A DNA stretch of 64,000 nt from Porticoccaceae bacterium UBA4026 (GTDB lineage: Bacteria > Pseudomonadota > Gammaproteobacteria > Pseudomonadales > Porticoccaceae), in assembly GCA_002382445.1 (NCBI GenBank), contig DGAQ01000052.1:74253-138252 (forward strand), in the 5' to 3' direction. Position numbers and translations under genes: made by a program. This document shows positions 49,545-59,385 of the stretch, one piece after another. Numbering within the stretch: the stretch's first letter is position 1; each line of letters starts with the position of its first letter. The notes beneath the pieces were generated by a model that was not told the DNA's origin, did no database searches, and saw only the letters and a list, made by a program, of their open reading frames with translations.

Positions 49545-51416
49545 TTACAGTTCTAGCTGCTCCCATCGCTTGTAGCACTTGCCTAATTGAGATTGCCAGT
49601 CCGCTAGTTGGGTTTCAGTTTTTTGTATTTCTACTTTAGTCGATCGATAAAATTCACTTTCACTCATCTTTATTGAAATGCTCTGGATTTGGGTCTCCAG
49701 CAGCTCTATTTTTTTTGGCAGTTCATCTAATTCCCGCTGGTCTTGATAGGACAGCTTCTTAACCACCTGACTTGGTTTAGGTTTGATTTTAACGCCAGCT
49801 GAAGACTTTGGAGGTTCTATAGTTTTTCGTTGTCTTAACCAGTCATCATAACCACCGACATACTGATTGATGATCCCGTCGCCTTCGAAAACCAATGTGC
49901 TGGTTACTACATTATTAAGGAAGGCCCGATCGTGACTGACCAAGATGACCGTCCCTTTGTAATCGATCAGTAGCTCTTCAAGCAAATCTAAAGTATCAAT
50001 ATCCAAATCGTTAGTTGGCTCATCAAGCACGAGTATATTTGAAGGAGCAGTGAATAATTTGGCCAACAGCAAACGATTGCGCTCTCCGCCGGATAGCGCT
50101 TTAACCGGCTGGCGGCAGCGATCTGGGGCGAATAAGAAATCTTGTAAGTAGCTAATTACATGGCGGCTTTTACCCCCTATTTCGAGCATGTCGCGACCAC
50201 CCGAAACATTATCTTGAACTGTTTTTTCCTCATCCAAGGCAGAACGATATTGGTCAAAATAGGCTACATTGAGATTGGTGCCTACTTTAATGGTGCCCTG
50301 TTGGGGAGTTAATTCACCTAGCAATAATTTAATAAGGGTAGTTTTCCCAACGCCATTTCGTCCGATAAAACCTACTTTATCGCCTCGTTGAATGAGCGTT
50401 GAAAAGTCCTTAACTACCTCATCTTGATCAAAGGAAAAAGAGATGTTGGTCGCCTCAGCGACTATCTTGCCAGATTTATCGGCGTGCTGAATATCCATTT
50501 TGGCCGTGCCTAGACGCTTTCGTCGCTCGGCATACTCGTTACGCATAGCTTCGAGAGACCGCACCCGCCCTTCATTGCGTGTGCGACGCGCTTTTATGCC
50601 TTGGCGAATCCATATTTCTTCTTGCGATAGACGCTTATCAAACAATGAATTTTGACGATCTTCAATTTCTAGGTTTTCTTCTTTCCGAACTAAATACGTA
50701 CTGTAGTCACAGTTAAATTCGGCCAATTTACCTCGATCAATTTCGATAAATCGATTAGCTAGGTTATCCATAAAGCGGCGGTCGTGGCTAATGAATAGTA
50801 ATGAGCCCTCCCATTTGAGTAAAAACTGCTCTACCCACTGAATGGCTTCTATATCCAGGTGATTGGTCGGCTCATCAAGCAACAACAGATCTGGATTACA
50901 GACCAAAGCTCTGGCCAGCAGGACTCTCCGTTTGTAGCCGCCAGATAAACTAGCGATATCAACGTCTGGATCAAGATCCATCTTGGTAATAATAGATTCA
51001 ACACGTTGGTTGATATCCCAGCCATCAATTCGCTCTATTTCAGCCTGGCATTTCGCTAGCTCGTTAAATATTTTAGGGCTGGAGTCATGGCTTAATTGCT
51101 GAGTGAGATGATGAAATTGTTGAATTAGTTTGCCTTCGGCGCCTAAGCCGTCAGCAATAACATCAAACACATTGCCTTGTGTATCATGTGGCACAGATTG
51201 CTCTAACTGAGCTATTTTTACACCACTGGCGCGTTTAATGAGACCCTCATCAGCAACGATTTGGCCAGTAAGAATCTTCAGTAAAGTGGATTTCCCCGCA
51301 CCATTTCTACCAATGAGGCACACGCGCTCACCGGGTTCAATTACTAGGTTTATATGGTCAATAAGGGGTGGTTGACCATAACTTAAAAAAACATCTTGTA
51401 GGGTGATTAGGGGCAT
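49545..51416 (-). CDS. uup: ABC-F family ATPase Uup
   Basis: 623 aa and collinear with E. coli Uup. Two cassettes: Walker A GRNGAGKST and GRNGVGKTT, signatures LSGGYKRR and LSGGERNR. Inter-domain linker (QEEIWIRQGIKARRTRNEGRVR) and a C-terminal coiled coil. Confidence 0.88.
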   Translation of the reverse strand: MPLITLQDVFLSYGQPPLIDHINLVIEPGERVCLIGRNGAGKSTLLKILTGQIVADEGLIKRASGVKIAQLEQSVPHDTQGNVFDVIADGLGAEGKLIQQFHHLTQQLSHDSSPKIFNELAKCQAEIERIDGWDINQRVESIITKMDLDPDVDIASLSGGYKRRVLLARALVCNPDLLLLDEPTNHLDIEAIQWVEQFLLKWEGSLLFISHDRRFMDNLANRFIEIDRGKLAEFNCDYSTYLVRKEENLEIEDRQNSLFDKRLSQEEIWIRQGIKARRTRNEGRVRSLEAMRNEYAERRKRLGTAKMDIQHADKSGKIVAEATNISFSFDQDEVVKDFSTLIQRGDKVGFIGRNGVGKTTLIKLLLGELTPQQGTIKVGTNLNVAYFDQYRSALDEEKTVQDNVSGGRDMLEIGGKSRHVISYLQDFLFAPDRCRQPVKALSGGERNRLLLAKLFTAPSNILVLDEPTNDLDIDTLDLLEELLIDYKGTVILVSHDRAFLNNVVTSTLVFEGDGIINQYVGGYDDWLRQRKTIEPPKSSAGVKIKPKPSQVVKKLSYQDQRELDELPKKIELLETQIQSISIKMSESEFYRSTKVEIQKTETQLADWQSQLGKCYKRWEQLEL

Positions 51417-51421
51417 AAAAT

Positions 51422-53971
51422 TTATTTGTCGCCTAGAGTTGGTGTTTGAGTTGTACTATCGAGGCCAAACGGCTTAGTTAGTAATATTAATTTGGGTAGT
51501 AATGTCATAGATCCGAGCAATGCAGCCAGCATGGCTAGGCTGGTCAGAAGTCCAAAATAAATTGAAGGAATGAAATTTGACAGGGCCAATATCGAGAAGC
51601 CGACGATAATAGTACTCGCAGTATAAAATAGAGCTTGACCTATACTGGCGTGTGCGCGATGCATTGAGGCAATATAGTTTTTATCAACGCTAAATTCACG
51701 GGTGAAACGAGTTAGATAGTGAATGGCGTGATCTACGCCAATACCTACCGTGATAGCGGCGATTGTGATTGTCATCATATCCAGGGGAATAGCCATAATG
51801 CCCATGCCGCCGAGAACGATAGCCGCAGCCAAAAAGTTAGGTAGGACCGCGATTATAGATATTTTGATCGAGCGGAATAGCACTAAGAACATAGCCATTA
51901 TGCCAACGAAAACTGCCCCTAAAGTGAGTATTTGTGATTTATATAAACTTTGCAGCATATTGTTATACAGCACGAGCAGACCGGTAAAGCGAATGTTTTC
52001 GGGTGCTATACCGACTTCATTTTCGGCATAGGTGCGAATTTTCTCAAGTAACTCCGCACGGTGTAATTGACCGCCAGTTTCCTTAGCGCGCAGTTGAATA
52101 CGGGCCTCATCAATATTCTCAAGAAGATAGGGTCCTACCAATTGCTGGTAAATATCGTCCCCGAGGCTTTGCCGCATAAAGGCAATTTCGAAGTCATTGA
52201 GTGGATGTCCGAGAAGATCGGTTGCGACGGCACTGATTTGCGCTAGAGAACTTACTTTACCGACTTCGGGTTGAGCTTCAATAAAACGATGTAGTTTACT
52301 TAAATCGGCTAATCCAGCAGACGAGAACCAATAGCTGTCGATTAGAGCGGCGTCTTCATCATTAAAGGCATCTTCAGCAAAACTGTAGTCGCCCTGATCA
52401 CTGAAGCCGTAGCTATCTTCGACAGTCTCTGAGTCGCTTGTAGCAGGCGCAATAGACGCTGGGGCTTGAATGATAATATCTAGAGGTGTTGTGCCACCCA
52501 GCGCTCTGTCAATTATTTCCATACCCTGATAGATTTCAGTACTTGACCGGAAGTAATCGATAAAACGGTTTTCAACCTCCAACTTGGTGATCCCGTAACC
52601 TGAAAGAGCCGCTAAACCCAGTGCAATTAGCAGGACTGCTGACCCATAGTTCTCGGTAAACCATGCAAATTTTCGAGTTATCGCAGCAGAGTTATCTGCG
52701 GTTGCAGAGGGTTTTCCTTTGCCAAGCAATATCATGCCGGCGGGTATCACCACAAAAGAGACCAATAGCGCAAGACTGATACCCAGTGTCATCATCCAAC
52801 CAAAGTCGATGACGGGTCTAATATTGCTCACCACCAGAGAGGTGAAAGCAACAATCGTAGTGAGCACGGTATACACGCAGGGTTTGGCCATAGAAACAAC
52901 AGTCTCGCTGACCAGTTGGTGCTGCGTCGCGTCCGGTTTAGCCGATTGCAGCTCTCGATAACGGACGATCAGGTGAATAGTTAGCGCTAGCGTTATGATC
53001 AGCAGCAAAGAAACGAAATTAGAGGATATAACCGTTAACCGCCAGTCAACCCAGCTTAAAAAGCCAAGAATAATAGTCAGACAAAGACTGCAGGTTACCA
53101 ACGGTAGTACAACCCAACGAACTCTCCGAAAAATAAGGGCCAAGGTTGCAATGATAAACAGCAAAATACCGGCGCCAAAAACTTGCAGATCGCTTTTAAT
53201 AAAATCGATCATGTCAGCGGTAATCATATCTGGACCACCGAGGAAAATGGTGGCTTGGCTTCGGTAACCATTAATCAGGCCACGCACCGCATCAACTCTC
53301 TCGTGATCTTCTAACGCTGTGGCGGTGCGATGGTTAAGGAATTCTAGACTGATTGACTCCAACTGGCTTTTTTGGTCCAGGGTAAGGCCTACAGTGTCGC
53401 GAACTAAACGTAAATCGTCACGTGCGGTCACTAACTTCAAATAGGTACTGTCGAGCTTTAAGGTCGCTAGAATGCCCGTGGTTTGTCCGTCAGCGCTGAG
53501 AATAACATCCTTATAAATTGGGCTGTTTAAAAATTCCTGTTTTGCCAGTTGTTTATCAACACCAGCAGAAAGTAGTGTGTTTAGCTCATTAGTTAGGTCT
53601 GAAATCTCAATTTTTGGACTATAGAGTAGTGGCACGTCGAGCATGGATAAGACGCTCTCAACGCCTCCAATGGTGAGCAGATCCGAGCGCAGTGCTCCTA
53701 GCACCTGAAGATTTTTTTCATCAAATAGATCGCCTTGTTTAGGCGAAAAAGTAACGATCAGATAATTATCACTGCCATAGCGCTGGACTACTTCACGAAA
53801 GAAGTTCAAGTCCTCGTCATTTTCCAGTGTTAGCGAATCCGCCGAGGCATCCAGTTTGAAGTTTGGTAATCCCATTGCCATGACTATGGTCAGCAATACG
53901 AGCATTATTATTGCCGCCAATGGATGACGTAGAATCGCCTTGTCATATAGTTTAAACAGGGAAGATTGCAT
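51422..53971 (-). CDS. RND-superfamily exporter (COG1033/MMPL, HpnN-like), no adjacent adaptor or OMP gene
   Basis: About 850 aa after trimming to the ATG at complement 53969-53971. It shows two repeats, each a large soluble loop followed by a cluster of hydrophobic helices (around aa 270-430 and 690-850), which is the typical 12-TM RND/MMPL architecture. Confidence 0.8.
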   Translation of the reverse strand: MQSSLFKLYDKAILRHPLAAIIMLVLLTIVMAMGLPNFKLDASADSLTLENDEDLNFFREVVQRYGSDNYLIVTFSPKQGDLFDEKNLQVLGALRSDLLTIGGVESVLSMLDVPLLYSPKIEISDLTNELNTLLSAGVDKQLAKQEFLNSPIYKDVILSADGQTTGILATLKLDSTYLKLVTARDDLRLVRDTVGLTLDQKSQLESISLEFLNHRTATALEDHERVDAVRGLINGYRSQATIFLGGPDMITADMIDFIKSDLQVFGAGILLFIIATLALIFRRVRWVVLPLVTCSLCLTIILGFLSWVDWRLTVISSNFVSLLLIITLALTIHLIVRYRELQSAKPDATQHQLVSETVVSMAKPCVYTVLTTIVAFTSLVVSNIRPVIDFGWMMTLGISLALLVSFVVIPAGMILLGKGKPSATADNSAAITRKFAWFTENYGSAVLLIALGLAALSGYGITKLEVENRFIDYFRSSTEIYQGMEIIDRALGGTTPLDIIIQAPASIAPATSDSETVEDSYGFSDQGDYSFAEDAFNDEDAALIDSYWFSSAGLADLSKLHRFIEAQPEVGKVSSLAQISAVATDLLGHPLNDFEIAFMRQSLGDDIYQQLVGPYLLENIDEARIQLRAKETGGQLHRAELLEKIRTYAENEVGIAPENIRFTGLLVLYNNMLQSLYKSQILTLGAVFVGIMAMFLVLFRSIKISIIAVLPNFLAAAIVLGGMGIMAIPLDMMTITIAAITVGIGVDHAIHYLTRFTREFSVDKNYIASMHRAHASIGQALFYTASTIIVGFSILALSNFIPSIYFGLLTSLAMLAALLGSMTLLPKLILLTKPFGLDSTTQTPTLGDK

Positions 53972-54246
53972 GGTGAGAGCTAGCCTTAAAATAGTAATCA
54001 ACAAAGATGCGCTATTATGCGGTTTTGCAGGCGTAATTTATAGGCTGATTACGCAACATAGGGCAGTCTAGTAAATATTTTTTGATACTAAGTTTATCAT
54101 CTACTTTAATAAGTCGTTGCGTAAGCTACACATGGCCCCTAATGTAAATTAACAAGATAACCTAATATCTAGTTAGGAGGTCAATTAGCTCAAAAGGGCT
54201 AGTTTCAAAGGTTACGTTGGCAAAAACTATAAAAAGAGGGTTAGTA

Positions 54247-55116
54247 ATGAAAAAATCGAACAGTATCCTGGGTATATTGGTGTCCCTAGTCATTGGTGGA
54301 CTTATATTACTTGGGGGTAGCCAAGGAAGCCTGAAAATTAATGGCCTGCCTTTATTTGCGATATGTGGCGCCATAGGATTTGTTCTTCACTGGCTGATGT
54401 TTGTTCCCGCCTATACATTCCAAACCGAACACTATTTTGATTTAACCGGATCGATATCTTACATAACGACCGTGGTGGTCGCCGCAACATTGAGCTCGTC
54501 CCTTGATCTTAGAGATCTCATCATTTGCGCCATGATTGTAATTTGGGCGGTCCGTCTAGGTTCGTTTCTGTTCTGGCGAATAAAAAAGGACGGCCAAGAC
54601 ACACGTTTTATCGTCATGAAGACGCAATTCATATGGTTCTTGCTGACTTGGACTATAGGTGGCCTGTGGGTGTTGGTTACAATGGCGGCAGGACTAGCTG
54701 CGATAACGTCTAATGTGACCCAGGAACTTGGGCTTTTAAGCTATTTTGGAATCTCGTTATGGTTATTTGGATTTGTAGTGGAGGTTATTGCGGACAGGCA
54801 AAAGAGACGATTTAAGGCGGCGCCTGAGAATAAAGGGCGTTTCATTAAGTCGGGACTATGGGCTTGGTCACAACACCCTAATTACTTTGGTGAAATAACA
54901 CTTTGGTTTGGGTTAGCGCTAGTAGCACTACCGGTCTTATTTGGTTGGCAATTATGCGCGTTGATTTCCCCTATATTTGTCTATGTATTGTTAACTAGAA
55001 TTAGCGGCATACCACTATTAGATCGACTTGCTTTGAAGAAATGGGGAACCGACCCAACCTATCTTGCCTATATAGCGTCAACACCCTCATTAATTCTTGC
55101 TCGGCCCAAAACCTAG
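54247..55116 (+). CDS. DUF1295 membrane protein (steroid 5-alpha-reductase / ICMT-like superfamily)
   Basis: Trimmed to the ATG at 54247, preceded by AGAGGG. Multi-TM, with the conserved C-terminal motif SGLWAWSQHPNYFGEITLWFG. Confidence 0.75.
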   Translation: MKKSNSILGILVSLVIGGLILLGGSQGSLKINGLPLFAICGAIGFVLHWLMFVPAYTFQTEHYFDLTGSISYITTVVVAATLSSSLDLRDLIICAMIVIWAVRLGSFLFWRIKKDGQDTRFIVMKTQFIWFLLTWTIGGLWVLVTMAAGLAAITSNVTQELGLLSYFGISLWLFGFVVEVIADRQKRRFKAAPENKGRFIKSGLWAWSQHPNYFGEITLWFGLALVALPVLFGWQLCALISPIFVYVLLTRISGIPLLDRLALKKWGTDPTYLAYIASTPSLILARPKT

Positions 55117-55186
55117 TGCCAGCAAAGATTTTGATGGATAATAGACTTTTTAAAACTGCAATCGGTTTGAGATATTTGGGGTAGCT

Positions 55187-56152
55187 ATGAAGGGTGTAAT
55201 TCTTGACTTTGACAGTATAGGGCCAACGGATCTAGACCTGACTTCACTGCACCAATTGCCCATCCAGTGGACGATTTACCCCGACTGTAAGGCCTCGCAG
55301 GTGGCCGACCGGATCGCCCATGCTGATATTGTGTTGACTAATAAGACGGCAATTCGGGCCTCTGAAATGGTTGAGGCTAAGAATCTAAAGCTCATCGCAT
55401 TGTTTGCCACAGGAACGGATATTATCGATTTAGCGGGGGCCAGCGCGAAAAATATTGTGGTGAGCAATGCCATCGGCTACGGCACAGCATCGGTAGTTCA
55501 ACACGTGTGGTCGCTGATTTTGGCGTTAACTACAAACCTAAATGAGCACAGCAAGGCGGCAACCGACGGTCGGTGGCGTAACAGCCGCTTCTTTTGTTTG
55601 CTGGATTCACCAGTGCAGGAGTTGGACGGCAAAGTCTTAGGCATTGTAGGTGCCGGCGAATTAGGTTTAGGTGTGGCAAAAATAGCTGAAGCATTTGGAA
55701 TGAAAGTGTTTTTTGCGTCTTTGCCGGGTCGAGCTCACTCTCACTCTAATCAGGTGAGTAGAATGCCTTTTAATGAGTTGCTAAAAACCGTTGATATTCT
55801 CAGTTTGCATTGTCCTTTAACGGCGGCAACCACTAAATTAATCGGGGCTGATGAACTGGGATCAATGAAAGGATCTGCTCTGCTGATCAATACCGCGCGC
55901 GGAGGACTGATTGATGAGAAAGCACTAAAGGATGCGCTCACACATGGCGTTATTGCTGGTGCAGCGGTTGATGTGCTCAGCGTCGAGCCGCCCTCTGAAG
56001 GGAATGTACTCATTGATAGTTTTATCCCCAACTTGATCGTTACACCGCATGTTGCCTGGATCGCGCGTGAGTCGCGGCAGCGACTGGTTAACCAGGTAGC
56101 TGGAAATGTAAAAGGGTTTCTCGAGGGTCAGCCACGTAATCAGGTCCGTTAA
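55187..56152 (+). CDS. D-isomer-specific 2-hydroxyacid dehydrogenase (glycerate dehydrogenase / hydroxypyruvate reductase-like)
   Basis: 321 aa. NAD-binding GIVGAGELG, and catalytic region INTARGGLID ... DVLSVEP ... TPHVAW. Confidence 0.85.
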   Translation: MKGVILDFDSIGPTDLDLTSLHQLPIQWTIYPDCKASQVADRIAHADIVLTNKTAIRASEMVEAKNLKLIALFATGTDIIDLAGASAKNIVVSNAIGYGTASVVQHVWSLILALTTNLNEHSKAATDGRWRNSRFFCLLDSPVQELDGKVLGIVGAGELGLGVAKIAEAFGMKVFFASLPGRAHSHSNQVSRMPFNELLKTVDILSLHCPLTAATTKLIGADELGSMKGSALLINTARGGLIDEKALKDALTHGVIAGAAVDVLSVEPPSEGNVLIDSFIPNLIVTPHVAWIARESRQRLVNQVAGNVKGFLEGQPRNQVR

Positions 56153-56178
56153 CCTAGGCTATTTAATCTTTTATATCT

Positions 56179-57441
56179 TTAAACCTTGAAGTCACTCATT
56201 AATTTTTTGGGCACCAAAATCTTCTTCAACCGCACATAACTCGGGATGCCACCTTTAAACGGCGGGTAATCTTCTCCGGCAATTAAGGGCTCTAGGTAAT
56301 CACGGGCTTTTTGGGTTATACCATAACCATCTTCGGTGATGAATGAGCGGGGCATCTTCTTTTCCATATTAGCCACGTCCGCTAATGGAACCTCGCCTAA
56401 TGACCAGCTGTATTTTTTGCCCGCTCCTCTCTCAATAGAAACCATCACAGAACTCTTACCCTGTACTGCCATCTCGACTGCGGCTCGACCAACGGCATAA
56501 GCTTGGTCTACATCAGTTTTTGAGGCTATGTGGCGCGCTGAGCGCTGCAAATAGTCGGCCATAGCCCAGTGATATTTATAGCCAGTGGACTGTTTAATCA
56601 TGCTGGCTAAGGCTGGAGCAACGCCACCAAGTTGCTGGTGTCCAAAGGCATCCTTATTAATCGAGCCGGAAATATGCGCACCGTCACTATATTGGGCTCC
56701 TTCGGAAGCAACGATAACGCAGTAACCCTTTTCATTAATGGTTTTTTCAACCTTTGCAATAAAGTTCTCTCGAGAAAAAGGAATTTCGGGGAATAGGATA
56801 ATGTGTGGAGGATCGCCTGCCTGCTCTCCTGCGAGGCCACTAGATGCGGCAATCCATCCGGCGTGTCGACCCATCACTTCAAGAATGAATACTTTGGTGG
56901 AGGAGCCACACATTGACTCAATGTCGAGGCTAGCTTCCTTAGTTGATGTGGCGATATATTTCGCTACTGAACCAAATCCAGGGCTACAGTCCGTCAGTGG
57001 CAGATCGTTATCAATGGTTTTGGGGATATGAATGGCTTGGATAGGATAGCCCATCTTTTCAGAGATTTGAGATACTTTAAGACAGGTATCTGCCGAGTCA
57101 CCACCGCCATTATAAAAAAAGTAGCCTATATTGTGCGCTTTGAACACCGCAATGAGACGCTCGTATTCTGCGGGACTATCTTGGTAATTTTTCATCTTAT
57201 AGCGGCAAGAGCCAAAAGCGCCACCAGGTGTATGTCTCAGTGCGGCAATAGCAGATGAAGATTCTTTGCTAGTATCTACAAGTTCTTCTTGCAGAGCGCC
57301 GACAATGCCATTTAAGCCAGCGTATAGTTTGCCGATTATAGCTTTATTTTCGCGTGCAGCTTCTATAACGCCTGCGGCTGAGGCATTGATGACGGCTGTT
57401 ACACCCCCAGATTGTGCGTAAAAAGCATTTTTTTTATCCAT
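56179..57441 (-). CDS. pfp: 6-phosphofructokinase, probably pyrophosphate-dependent (Pfp type)
   Basis: PfkA family with YAQSGGVTAVINAS, NGGGDSADT, PKTIDNDL and MGRHAGW. The Lys in PKTIDND replaces the Gly of ATP-dependent PGTIDND. Trimmed to the ATG at complement 57439-57441. Confidence 0.75.
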   Translation of the reverse strand: MDKKNAFYAQSGGVTAVINASAAGVIEAARENKAIIGKLYAGLNGIVGALQEELVDTSKESSSAIAALRHTPGGAFGSCRYKMKNYQDSPAEYERLIAVFKAHNIGYFFYNGGGDSADTCLKVSQISEKMGYPIQAIHIPKTIDNDLPLTDCSPGFGSVAKYIATSTKEASLDIESMCGSSTKVFILEVMGRHAGWIAASSGLAGEQAGDPPHIILFPEIPFSRENFIAKVEKTINEKGYCVIVASEGAQYSDGAHISGSINKDAFGHQQLGGVAPALASMIKQSTGYKYHWAMADYLQRSARHIASKTDVDQAYAVGRAAVEMAVQGKSSVMVSIERGAGKKYSWSLGEVPLADVANMEKKMPRSFITEDGYGITQKARDYLEPLIAGEDYPPFKGGIPSYVRLKKILVPKKLMSDFKV

Positions 57442-57578
57442 GGGCAATGGGCTCAGCAAGATCCTGTTTGATAGGCTTTCATTTTAGTCCCTCGCAGACT
57501 AAGGTGAAAGCGGAAACTAACTTGTTTTGGGTTATAGTGACCATTAGTTCTCAGGTTAATCTTTAGGTAAGCCATCTC

Positions 57579-58946
57579 ATGCATGTTCATATTCTCGGTA
57601 TTTGCGGCACATTTATGGGCAGTCTCGCTCTTCTTGCCAAACAAGCTGGCCATCATGTGTCTGGGTCTGACGCTAATGTATATCCGCCGATGAGTACGCA
57701 GCTTGAGCAAAGCGGCATAGAGTTAATTGAGGGGTTTGATCCTCAGCAGTTGAGTCCTGCTCCGGATTTAGTTATTGTCGGCAATGCTATGTCTCGGGGC
57801 AATCCCTGTGTGGAATACATGCTCGACAATAATTTGCCCTACACCTCAGGGCCTCAATGGTTGGGTGAAAGTATTCTAAGAGATAAGCATGTCCTTGCGG
57901 TGTCAGGAACTCATGGGAAAACCACTACCAGTAGTATGCTTACTAAGATTCTCGATTTCGCAGGCCTCCAGCCTGGGTTTTTAATTGGCGGTATCCCGCA
58001 AGACTTTGATGTTTCGGCACGGCTTAGCGACAGCGACTATTTTGTTGTTGAGGCCGATGAATACGACAGCGCCTTTTTTGATAAGCGCTCTAAGTTTGTC
58101 CATTATTTTCCTAACACACTTATTATCAATAATTTGGAATTTGACCACGCTGATATATTTGACGATTTGGCTGCTATTCAGCGACAATTTCATCACCTAG
58201 TTCGAACTGTTCCCAGTTCGGGAACAGTCATTTCTCCCGCCGGTGACCACAATGTTCGCGAAGTTCTAGACCGAGGTTGTTGGAGTAGGCAGGAGCGTTT
58301 TGGCCGCTGCGGTGATTGGAGGTATGCGCTGCTCTCTAAGGATGGATCTCAGTTTGATGTGATCCAGTCTGACCAGGCCGGCCATGAAATTTCCCGTGGG
58401 ACGGTAAAGTGGCAGCAGAGTGGACTTCATAATGTGATGAATGGATTGTCAGCAGTTATTGCTGCCAGTCAGGTTGGGGTTGAAGTCGAAGAGTCCTGCA
58501 TGGCTTTAAGCCAGTTTATTGGCGTAAAAAGACGAATGGAAGTGATTTATCAAAGATCTGGAATCACTGTTTATGATGACTTTGCCCACCACCCTACTGC
58601 AATCAAGACCACGCTAGAGGGCTTGAGAGCGAAGGTGGGCGACGAAACTATAATAGCTATTATTGAGCCGCGTTCCGCCACCATGCGCATGGGTGGGCAC
58701 CAGGATGCTTTGTGTTCCTCAGTTGGCAGCGCGGACCAAGTTTATTGGTATCAGAATTCGTGTATTGATTGGGATGTTGAGGCATTAGCTAAAGCCAGTG
58801 CAGTTCCTGCTGAAGCAACCGATAGTATCGAAAAATTGCTTCAGCTCGCGGTAAAATCCCAGCAGCTCAACAGGCATATTGTCTTGATGAGCAATGGCGG
58901 ATTCGAAGGCTTTCATGGGATGCTAATAGCGGCGCTCGCCCACTAA
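57579..58946 (+). CDS. mpl: UDP-N-acetylmuramate:L-alanyl-gamma-D-glutamyl-meso-diaminopimelate ligase
   Basis: 455 aa. MHVHILGICGTFMG N-terminus typical of Mpl, Mur-ligase P-loop VSGTHGKTTT, and DDFAHHPTA. Confidence 0.9.
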   Translation: MHVHILGICGTFMGSLALLAKQAGHHVSGSDANVYPPMSTQLEQSGIELIEGFDPQQLSPAPDLVIVGNAMSRGNPCVEYMLDNNLPYTSGPQWLGESILRDKHVLAVSGTHGKTTTSSMLTKILDFAGLQPGFLIGGIPQDFDVSARLSDSDYFVVEADEYDSAFFDKRSKFVHYFPNTLIINNLEFDHADIFDDLAAIQRQFHHLVRTVPSSGTVISPAGDHNVREVLDRGCWSRQERFGRCGDWRYALLSKDGSQFDVIQSDQAGHEISRGTVKWQQSGLHNVMNGLSAVIAASQVGVEVEESCMALSQFIGVKRRMEVIYQRSGITVYDDFAHHPTAIKTTLEGLRAKVGDETIIAIIEPRSATMRMGGHQDALCSSVGSADQVYWYQNSCIDWDVEALAKASAVPAEATDSIEKLLQLAVKSQQLNRHIVLMSNGGFEGFHGMLIAALAH

Positions 58947-59380
58947 GTGTTCAGGATAAACGTTACTGGCCCGTCGTTACATAGCGAGACCTGCATGTTA
59001 GCGCCGAAAATGCCGCTCTGAATGATAGGGTGATTTTCCACAGCGCACTCTATGAAATAGTTATAGAGAATTTCAGCATGTTCAGGTTTCGCGGCGGCAG
59101 AGAAACTTGGGCGAAGTCCTTTTTTAGTGTCTGCTGCTAGAGTGAATTGAGAGATAACCAGCAGCCCACCACCAACATCGGATAGAGATAAATTCATCTT
59201 TCCTTCGGTGTCTGAGAAGATTCTATAGTGAAGGACTTTTTGTAAAAGTTTTTCAGCGTCGGCTTTAGTGTCATTTTTCTGAACAGCCAAAAAAAGTAAA
59301 AGCCCTTGATAGATTTGCCCTGCTATTGATCCTTCGATCGATACAGATGCGCTAGAGACGCGCTGAATTAATCCGAGCAC
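58943..59380 (-). CDS. dtd: D-aminoacyl-tRNA deacylase
   Basis: 145 aa with a GTG start. GLIQRV, ISQFTLAAD, KGLRPSF and NDGPVT motifs. Confidence 0.92.
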   Translation of the reverse strand: MLGLIQRVSSASVSIEGSIAGQIYQGLLLFLAVQKNDTKADAEKLLQKVLHYRIFSDTEGKMNLSLSDVGGGLLVISQFTLAADTKKGLRPSFSAAAKPEHAEILYNYFIECAVENHPIIQSGIFGANMQVSLCNDGPVTFILNT

Positions 59381-59385
59381 CCTGG

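Noticed and set aside
54174-54179. Strong AGGAGG motif in the RND-DUF1295 intergenic region, considered as the RBS of a small gene.
   Set aside because: There is no ATG, GTG or TTG within 5-12 nt downstream. The TTG at 54217 used by the track is 38 nt away.
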